DNA from: Eledone cirrhosa
Lineage: Eukaryota
NCBI GenBank assembly: GCA_964016885.1
Contig: OZ024740.1
Location: 62,124,001 to 62,188,000, forward strand
Reading direction: 5' to 3'
DNA: 64,000 nt
The stretch's first letter is position 1, and each line of letters begins with the position of its first letter. Shown one piece after another: positions 51,161 to 60,320 of this stretch. The position numbers and the translations under genes are program-made. The notes below the pieces were generated by a model. It saw only the letters and a list, made by a program, of their open reading frames with translations, made no database searches and had not been told where the DNA came from.

Positions 51161-53582
51161 ACAGTAAGGTGGAGGGGTCAATTAAGGCCAAAAAGCAGGC
51201 TTGGAAAGTATGGCGGGATGGGGGAAGTAGAGTAGACTATCAAGTGGCCAGGAGGGAAGCTAGGAGAGAAGTGTACTTAGCAAGAAGGGAAGCTGAGGAA
51301 AGAAAGTTCAAGCATGTCCTACAACGCGATGACCAAAAACGTGAGGTGTTCAGGATTGCTAGGCAATGCGTCAAGGAAAACCGTGATATTGTCGGGGAGA
51401 AGTGTGTACTTAACGATGATGGCATACTTGCCATCACCGACACTGATAAGAAGGTAGCTTGGAAGTGTCACTATGAAAGGCTACTAAATGAGGAGAATAA
51501 ATGGGAGAAAGACAGTCTCCCCCATGTCGACCCAATAGAGGGACCAGCAGTGTTAGTCGAGGGGAGTATAATAAGTAAGGCAATCAAGGATATGAAGACA
51601 GGTAAGGCGGCTGGGCCTTCGGAAATAGTTGCTGAGATGCTGAAGGCATCTGGCACGGTGGGACACACCATGGTCACCCGCATAGTTAACCAAGTCGTAC
51701 AGAATGGGGTTGTTCCGAAGGACTGGCATAGCAGCATCATCGTTAACTGTTATAAGGGTAAAGGAGACGCCCTAGATAGGAGTAACTATAGAGGCATTAA
51801 ATTAATCGACCAGGTCATGAAGGTCACGGAAAAAGTAATAGCGCAACTAATCAGAGAGAGAATTGACCTAGATGAAATGCAGTTCGGGTTTGTGTCAGGC
51901 AAAAGTACCACAGACGCTCTTTTCATAGTACGACAACTACAGGAGAAGTTCCTAGCTAAAGGTAAACCCCTCTACTTAGCTTTTGTCGACTTGGAGAAAG
52001 CCTTCGACAGAGTCCCCCGCTCCATTATCTGGTGGGCTCTTAGAAAACTAGGCGTTGACGAATGGCTTGAGAGGGCTATACAAGCCATGTATAAAGAAAC
52101 AGTCAGCAAGGTTAGAATTAACAACGAATATAGTGAAGAGTTTAGCGTAAAAGTTGGCGTCCATCAGGGCTCTGTTCTCAGCCCCCTACTATTTATTATT
52201 GCCCTTCAGGCTATAACAGAGGAGTTCAAGACAGGCTGCCCATGGGAACTCCTATACGCAGACGACCTGACACTCATAGCGGAATCAATGGTCGAGCTAG
52301 AGAAGAAATTCCAAACATGGAAGCACGGCCTAGAGTCAAAAGGACTTAAAATTAACCTGGCTAAGACCAAAGTTCTAGTTTGTAGGAAAGAAAACAAGGC
52401 GGCGGTCCCTTCTGGGAAATGGTCGTGCTCGGTGTGTAGGAAAGGCGTAGGTAGAAACTCCATTTTATGTCCTAAATGCAAAGTATGGGTGCATAAAAGA
52501 TGTAGTGGGATCACAGGTAAGCTAACTAAGAACATAGATTTTACATGTGGCCGGTGTTCTGGTGCAATAAGTAGCAGCAAGTGCCCACAAAATACTAGCT
52601 CTTTCAATTGCGCAGAGGGTTCTATAGAAATAGTGGACAGCTTCTGTTACCTGGGCGATAAAATCAGCAGTGGGGGAGGGTGCTCTGAAAGTACAGTAGC
52701 TAGAGTCAGAACTGGTTGGAAAAAGTTCAGAGAGCTTATACCACTATTAGCTGCTAAAGGGTTCTCCCTAAAAATGAAAGGCAGGTTGTACGATGCCTGC
52801 ATACGAACAGCAATGTTGCATGGCAGTGAGACCTGGGCATTGTGTGCAGAGGATATACGCAGACTAGAGAGGAACGAAGCTTGCATGCTCCGCTGGATGT
52901 GTAACAGTAATATACGTGAACGGCAAAGCATAAACGAACTAAGGAAAAAATTAGAGATAAGAGGGATCAGATGTTGTTTACTCGAGAGAAGGCTACGTTG
53001 GTATGGACACGTGATGCGCATGAAAGTCGATAGCTGTATAACAAAGTGCAGGGCAATAAAGATAGACGGTAGCCACGGAATAGGCAGACCTAGAAAAACC
53101 TGGGACGAGCTGATAAACTCCGACCTCACACACTTACACCTCTCCAAGACAATGTCACTGGACCGAGACCTTTGGCGGTACTCAGTAACAGAGAAGACCC
53201 GCCTTGCCAGTAGGCATCTCTAACAAAATACACCCCGTCCCGCCACCACCCCCACCCATCCACACCACCCCGTCCTATGTAAAGTTATGTTGGTGTCGCG
53301 CCATCCAGGCTGAAACAAATGAGATCGTGTAGGTGTCACGACAAAAAAACACACAGTCCACGCTGTAATGTGGCCGTGTAGGCAACACGGTAAAAACCTC
53401 CCAGACCCACACTGTAATTGTGGTTGGTGTTAGGAAGGGCATCCAACTGTAGAAAACCTGCCAGACAGTCCTATGCAAGCAAGACAATCACTCTTGCCTC
53501 AAGTGGGACTACCCCCGTCCAAACCCATGCAAGCGTGGAACACGGACGTTAAACGTTGTTGATGATGATGATGATGATGATG
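51161..53582 (+). mobile_element. 5'-truncated RTE-clade LINE (family B) with uninterrupted RT ORF and complete 3' end with (GAT)n tail
   Basis: 684-aa stop-free ORF 51169-53223 (NYRGIKL, QFGF, FVDLEKAFD, QGSVLSPLLF, YADD, YLG, RLRWYGH). Lacks the endonuclease. 3'UTR contains ggaagggcatcca, a terminal hairpin and (gat)n. Flanked by gtatgtatatata-like sequence on both sides. Confidence 0.95.
51169..53223 (+). CDS. RTE reverse transcriptase (N-truncated, open frame)
   Basis: All RT motifs present in one frame; the start is an artefact of 5' truncation. Confidence 0.8.
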   Translation: MEGSIKAKKQAWKVWRDGGSRVDYQVARREARREVYLARREAEERKFKHVLQRDDQKREVFRIARQCVKENRDIVGEKCVLNDDGILAITDTDKKVAWKCHYERLLNEENKWEKDSLPHVDPIEGPAVLVEGSIISKAIKDMKTGKAAGPSEIVAEMLKASGTVGHTMVTRIVNQVVQNGVVPKDWHSSIIVNCYKGKGDALDRSNYRGIKLIDQVMKVTEKVIAQLIRERIDLDEMQFGFVSGKSTTDALFIVRQLQEKFLAKGKPLYLAFVDLEKAFDRVPRSIIWWALRKLGVDEWLERAIQAMYKETVSKVRINNEYSEEFSVKVGVHQGSVLSPLLFIIALQAITEEFKTGCPWELLYADDLTLIAESMVELEKKFQTWKHGLESKGLKINLAKTKVLVCRKENKAAVPSGKWSCSVCRKGVGRNSILCPKCKVWVHKRCSGITGKLTKNIDFTCGRCSGAISSSKCPQNTSSFNCAEGSIEIVDSFCYLGDKISSGGGCSESTVARVRTGWKKFRELIPLLAAKGFSLKMKGRLYDACIRTAMLHGSETWALCAEDIRRLERNEACMLRWMCNSNIRERQSINELRKKLEIRGIRCCLLERRLRWYGHVMRMKVDSCITKCRAIKIDGSHGIGRPRKTWDELINSDLTHLHLSKTMSLDRDLWRYSVTEKTRLASRHL

Positions 53583-54576
53583 TAAGTATGTATGTATATA
53601 TATTTATATTTGTCAGGTTGCTTTGAGTGCTACTGGTAACATCTCAGTACAACCTGCTGCATGGTCAAGTCTCCGGCGACTAAACCGACAACCCCACCAA
53701 GATAGTTTGGTGAGGAGGGTGATCTTTTGGAACCCAGAGTCAATGGCCATCAAAAAACAAAAAAAAACTTATGATCATTTTAGCATCTGGTATGTGGTAC
53801 ACCGTGCACCCGCATAGGTAAATGCTATCTTGATGGAGAGAGAATGCATTGTGCTGCACAAGAAATGACCACTATGAACAAGTCATATGGAGGTAGCTCA
53901 GTAAATACCATCCCTCATTTGTTGTTCGCGATGAGAGAATCCACCATTATATTTGTATACATAATATATGTATGTATAACATATTTTTACTGTTATTAAT
54001 AATAATAATAATATTGCTGTAGTGACTACATACCGTTCGTCTGTATATAGAAATCTCATCTCATCCGCTTCAATTCTATGTGGTTCCTAAACATAGGCAT
54101 GCATTGGTATTGTTGGAGTATGCTGTCTATTGAAAATGTGTACTAATGGATTCCTTGAGATTTCACTCTGTCTGATATTTTTACCTTTTCTTTTTGTTAT
54201 TCTTATAATACCTTTTGTATTTTTCCCTGCTGTGTTTGATATTTTTGCCTAACATTTGAAGCAAATAATATACAGTGTGTGCCTATATATATAAATGAAT
54301 ATATATATAAACAATTAAGTTAAAAATGTACATCTACATATGCATACTGAAATACTAGTGTGTATATGAATACACACACGTATACATATGTAGGTGTACC
54401 AAGTCTTTCACTGGTCGCTTTACAGTGAGCGGCCCAGCTATTCTGTATGTAAACACACAGACAAACCGGTTTTTAGAGTCATATTGGTTTTTCGGGGGAA
54501 CACCTTCCCCCTATTCTCCAGCGTCAGTCATACAAAAGTGAGTTACAAACGAAATTTAATTTCGTTTCGTTATTTG

Positions 54577-54630
<54 letters not shown>

Positions 54631-54980
54631 GTGTGTGTATATAAGTACTGACTTATAGTGTAGAGACGACTCTTCAATCTGGTTGAGCATATAGCATCTC
54701 TAGTGCTGATACCATGATAAAACACACCCAGTACACCCTGTAAGGTGGTTGGTGTTAAGAATGACATCCAGCCATAGAAACCATGTCAAATGTGGAATAT
54801 ATTAGTAGGATGAGGTCTTTCTAACATGTCTAGTCTTGGACTGTAAGTCATATATACATACATACATTCTCTACTATCCCAAGTATTGAGTACTCTGTCT
54901 TACTAGTTTAAAATTGGCGTAATCCTGATCTATCTATCTATCTATCTGTCTATATATATATATCTATCTATCTATCTGTA

Positions 54981-55523
54981 ATGATCAAGCCGCCTCCCCC
55001 CTTCAAAGATGAAGCAGAGGCGGTGTTTCTGTGCGTAATAGCCATGGCGAAAGAGGTTGTATGGTGGACGCGTCTGAAAGGACTGAGGTCAGGCACCTTT
55101 CTCTCTGGCCAACAACTGGTCCGTTTCTTCCGATATCATTTCGGAAGAAGGATCAGGATGGAGAGAGAGGTGCTGCACCCCAGCCGTTTCTATGAAAGAT
55201 GGGTGAAAGTGGCGAGAATGGCCCGTGTGAATGGGCCTTCACTCTACATCAGACTATAGGTGAGGAAGATGAAAGACCAAGGGAGCACCCCTTCTCTGTG
55301 CTCCTGAGGAGAAGGGTTGCACACTTTTTTCGGGGGTGTGTGCGACCCCCCAAGGCGCCTCCTCTCTATTGAGGATTTTGTTAAAAATTTTATTTTTTGT
55401 TATATCTTATTTTATTTTTATATTTTGTTATTGCCTCCTCCTTATTGAGGACGCCTTTTTGTGTAAACTCCCCCCTTTGTACTTGTCCCACTTTTGATGC
55501 CCTAGTGGCAAATAAAAGAAATA
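54981..55523 (+). mobile_element. 3' fragment of a Tx1/L1-group LINE (ORF2 C-terminus plus 3'UTR ending AATAAAAGAAA)
   Basis: ORF ...MAKEVVWWTR...FYERW* resembles Tx1/L1 ORF2 C-termini. T-rich 3'UTR with polyA signal. TSD tatctgta at 54973-54980 and 55524-55531. Clade assignment is from memory of the motif. Confidence 0.7.
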
Positions 55524-55525
55524 TA

Positions 55526-55565
<40 letters not shown>

Positions 55566-58027
55566 TAGATGAAAACTTTTAAATTATATTTTATTTCAGG
55601 ATACCCACATCAATAATTGACCATTATAATATTAATCATTGATTCTTTAATTTTATTTTCAACTTGGTTTTGTTAGTGATTGGAAACCTAATTTGTGTGT
55701 GTGTGTGTGCACCTACCTCACCGTCTACAAATCTCTCTCTTTCACTGTATTAAAACTGCTTATGTGCTTGCTGTCAGTGTTTAAGGTCATTAATATAAAG
55801 GTCACTTACAAGGTTTAAATCAAATAGGTTTTATTTTATAATTTATATAGGATTTTATAGGATTTCCAACTCTGCCAATAAGAGAAAATTATATAATTCA
55901 TCTAAAAGAAAAATATAAAAACTGGCAAATTGTTGGCTTATGCTTTGTTTCATTTAAGATTTATTTTTATAATTATACTTATGTTTTCTACAGTATATGA
56001 GGATTAAACCCAATATATTTGAAAGAAAAGAAAAGAAAAAAATCTGCTGCAGGGCAGAAGAGTTACTGTTGAGTAGAGAGCCAGACGAGATGTATTTATC
56101 TTTAGTTGTGTGACTAATAGATTTGAATTTGATTTCCATCATATTCAACTTTGCCTTTCAAATCTTTGGGGATTATATTAAAAAAAGTTATATAGTTATG
56201 AGCTAGATGTAATAGAGATGACTAGTCCAGCCCATCAAGAATGGAGAAGTGGACTTAAAATGGTGATGATGATATGACATTTTGCATATCTCCTGGAAAG
56301 GCAATCTGATAATTATGGTAATTTTTCTGCAATCATTGATGCCATGAGAGAGAGAGAGAGATGTGAATGTATTTTGCAGGACACTGCTGGAGAGCCAAGC
56401 AAAAGCACATTAGTGACATACTCATATGGACACCACAACATGGATATACACTGGTTGGCTATTCAACAAAATAATCAACCAGTTCTGTTCAGACATGGGA
56501 TGTTGCCTTGCTGACCTTATAAATGCTTTGGGGTATCTGAGCAAGTTTAATTTGAGGATGGTGATATGTTGTTGTTGGGGCCCTGGTCAGTCCAGATCAA
56601 GCAGACCTATGATCTAAGGTGTTTTAGTCATGACCACCTTGTCTTTTTTTCAAACAGAATTATAATGTCTGACATGTTAATTCTATTTTAAAACAGTAGT
56701 TTGATTTAAGAGAAATTTTGGCTACTATTCATAGCATGGCAAACAACCACAAAGAGGCTTTTTTTTTTTTACTGTTTATTCAGAGAGAGAAGGGCAGTGC
56801 TCATAGCCCTTTTTGGAGCATCTGAGATTGGAAGGAGGAAGACATCCCCAAACTGGAGACTTTCCTCAACTGCTTGCAGCGGAGCAGACTATGTTGAAGG
56901 GCCAGGTGAGGGTGTTAAACCAGGCAAAGGATTAAGTCTACCACCCAAATAAGTCATAATTGGATTTGAACTCAGAACACAAAGAATCAGGATATATATA
57001 GATCAAATCATCTTGTCTGGTGCTCTAACAATTCTGCCAATCCACCACCCTGGACTAGTACTTTGTTTTATTGATCTTGAAAGTCAATGTTCTCTGTTAG
57101 CCTGTCTGGGGTCTCGCTGCAGTACTCGTGCACTCATTCTTGAGATTTAGTAAACAATGCAGACTTTCTGCCCACTTCCTTTCTGTACACTGAGCTTGAT
57201 CATTTGCAAGATCTGCTTAACAGATCTAGGATTTGCTTCCACATTTGGAATTTCTTCAATTCATCCACACACTCAGCTATGAAACTAATTCAAGTATACA
57301 GAAATTCCTTTGACCAGCCAGTCTTAGCCCTTTTGATACCAAACCATCTAAAACCACTCTTGGCACAGAGCTGTTTATTTTAAAATGCTTATATCTAACT
57401 AAAAATATTCCATATTCATGTGTGACAACCTTCAAGTTATGCTCCAAACACCAGCTTAATAATGAGAAATTTAGTAATATGACTAAATTTCTCAAAATTT
57501 TTATTATTTTCAAAAATATTTAAAAATCATAGGTTGTGTTTTCCATTTAAAATGTTATAGTATAAAGAGCTATATAAATATTCACATGCATGCACATACA
57601 TACACACACGTGCAAATACACACACACACACACACATCTATTTCAGTGTTTTTGAAGTGCAATTTTCACATAAATCAATACATTGTACTCATAACATTAA
57701 CCTGTTAATTTTTCTATCTGCCACTCCTCTAAATGGTATGTTCTCCAGTTACATTTATATAGTATATTTTAATGGGTTATTCAACTTCTAGAATTTTTCA
57801 CCTACTGGCTCAATTTCCAATGATAATTTTACTATTTCAAATTGCATTCATCTTCACTGACTTATTTAATGTTTTCACTTATAAAGTATGTATCTGTTAT
57901 ACAAAGAAAACTTTGTTTTGTTTGCTTCTATTAAGAGAAGTATTTTAAATTTCATTTAGTCTAAAGCCTATCCTAAATTCAATTCATCTCATAGCATGCA
58001 AATTTGTTTTCAATGTGTTTTTTTCTT

Positions 58028-58259
58028 TTAAATCTTTCTGTTACAGCAATTCTAGTGAAAGACACTGTCTATGATTTTCAAATCATTTAAAAAATAATCA
58101 AGAATGTTTTTGAGGGATTTAGTACTTTCTTATTAAACTGGTCTTTAGAGCATATCTTAAGAAAAAAATGGTGTTAGAGGGTTTTTAAATAGATATAAAC
58201 ACTTTAGAATAAACTGTTTTGTATCATGGTTTCAAGCAGTTTGGTATCAAAATAGTTAA
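58028..58259 (+). mobile_element. Old abundant TTAA-flanked MITE family; copies near 75-282, 5064-5290, 6470-6650, 11585-11788, 21155-21395, 45597-45770, 47225-47418, 57323-57530 and 58855-59095
   Basis: Recurrent aataatcaagaattt..ttattaa(a/g)ctggtgtttgga(g/a)ca body with ggtatcaaaagggttaa-like ends. Confidence 0.65.
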
Positions 58260-60120
58260 ACTTATTGAACAGAAAAGTAGTAGTTTTCATACCCTAGTAA
58301 TCTATTATTATTATTTCATTATTATCATTATCATCAACAATTTTAACAATTGAAACTAGTTTTTCTAGTTGGATGCTCTTCTTTTTGCAATCACTCAACA
58401 GTGAAATAGGAAGCAGACCATGTGTTTTTCACAAACCAGACAAACTAGAACAAACAGAATTAAGTGTCTTGCTCAAATAAATCACAGTAATCCAATGCCT
58501 AAACCTCACTATCACTGTACCTCTAGAACAGTGTTTCCATGGAAATATTTTGGGCATTTGTGAGCTAAGATGTCTTTTAATAGAATTTAATCTCAATTCT
58601 CTCTCTGAAACATTTTTGTTTCATTTAATGTTTTATTAAAATTAGGCTGGTGGGGTTTGTCTGTAAAATATAGGTATTGGTTCCGTGTTCTTTGGAAAAT
58701 TGTACAAGAGTTCTGAGAAAATATATTTAAGAAACAACTGCTCAAGAAATAGACATATCTAAAGAATATGTTTTTAAAAAATACTTTTCTACATATGCCA
58801 GTTTATTATTTTTTTTTTTGATGGCATAATTCTCATAATTTTTATTTGACTGTCTTAGCCATTTTGATGGCAAACTATCTGAAACTGCTCCTGGTTCTAC
58901 ATTACCTACTTGTTTATTTTAAAGTGTTTATATTTATCTAAATAACTTTCCATCAGAACTCTATGTAAGAACCTTTGTTAAGTTATATTCCATTTACCAG
59001 CTAAATAATGAGAAATTCCTTCAATTTCTTGATTATTTTCAAAATTATTTGAAAATAATAGTCATTGTCTTTCATTAGAAATATGGTAATTAAATGAGAT
59101 TTGATTAACCCACCCTTTTTTTCAACCTTAATTATTTTTTGTATGGCTGCTCCCCTAAAATGTCATTAAATTATTTGTGGATTACTAAGTCTACAACATG
59201 ATTTAGATTCTCCACAGAATCATTTCCTTTCATTTACATCACTAGTATCATAATCATAACCATTTACTTCTGATATTACATTCCGTTAAATGTTTGCAGA
59301 GTGTATATAATATGGTTTGCAAATTTTTAGCAATTTTAATGTAGAAGACTTTTTCTCCGTTGATAAATTAAAGTTTTGTGTGTTTTAAATAAATTTTAGC
59401 TAAAAATCATATCCATATATTAATTGAGCACGTAATTCCTGATGGGGCCATTGGAGCACCATCAGTACATAGAGCATTTTTAGGGCATTTATTTAAACCT
59501 TGCAGAGCCTCTCTAGGTTTGATCACAGCTGATTCCTTCCTTTCAGAGAGAGAGAATGCGTGCGTGTAAGAAAGAAAGAAATTGATAAGAAGAATCGATT
59601 CCAGTTTATTGACCTCAAAAGGATGAAAGGCAAAGTTGACCATGGCAAGATTAAAACTCAGAGCACAAAGAGTTGGAATGAATATTGCAAATAATTCTAT
59701 CCATTGTTCTAACAACTCTGCTAATTCACTGTCTTATTCTTGTATATTTACATAAAAATATATGCAAGTATTTGATAGGAATGTATATATGTAAAAAAAA
59801 AATGTCTGATGTCTGCTAACTGCAGTTTAAGGATGCAATGCAATGCTGTACTATAGAATATGCCTAAGTACTATGTATATACAATATCTTCAATTAATCT
59901 TTAGCACACTGAATTTTTATATGAATTGCTTCCCTTGACACTGCATTATGTATTAAGGGGAGAGTACTCTGTCAGTGCCATAAGCCGCCTACAGCGCCGG
60001 GAAGGTTAAAGATATAGTGCTTGAATCATTGATTTCAATTTTCATTTCATCTTTTGTTCCTTCAATGTGTTAACTAATTAAATCCTTTTCAATTTTTGCA
60101 GGTGAAAGTGAGCCTCAAAA

Positions 60121-60184
60121 ATGCCTGCTGTCAAAGGGGATGGAATGCGGGGACTGTCAGTCTTTATATCTGACATAAGAAATT
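60121..60184 (+). CDS. AP2A: First coding exon of AP-2 complex subunit alpha (alpha-adaptin); exon 60102-60184 with 19 nt of 5'UTR
   Basis: Translates to [21 protein letters not shown](C), matching the conserved alpha-adaptin N-terminus [23 protein letters not shown]. Acceptor ttttcaatttttgcag ends at 60101. Donor gtaagt at 60185 is phase 1, splitting the Cys codon. In-frame TGA codons at 60103 and 60109 precede the ATG. Too short for the ORF track. Confidence 0.93.
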
Positions 60185-60320
60185 GTAAGTATAAACATTT
60201 TTCAATTTTGGAATTTATTATTTTGTGAGAGTTTCCAAAATTTGGAAATGTTTATTGTTAGTCTAACCAAATGAAGAGAAAATAATGAACCAAATGTATA
60301 ACATGTATATTATATATATA

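Noticed and set aside
54455-54530. Minus-strand hairpin followed by GAAA, a possible fourth hammerhead
   Set aside because: The core would be CUGACGC with about 10 extra nt before stem II and G at position 17; too many violations.
55585-55610. Acceptor-like sites (also 18350-18359 and 58035-58046) as extra AP2A exons
   Set aside because: No convincing downstream donor or coding similarity; the 58046 site lies within a MITE terminus.
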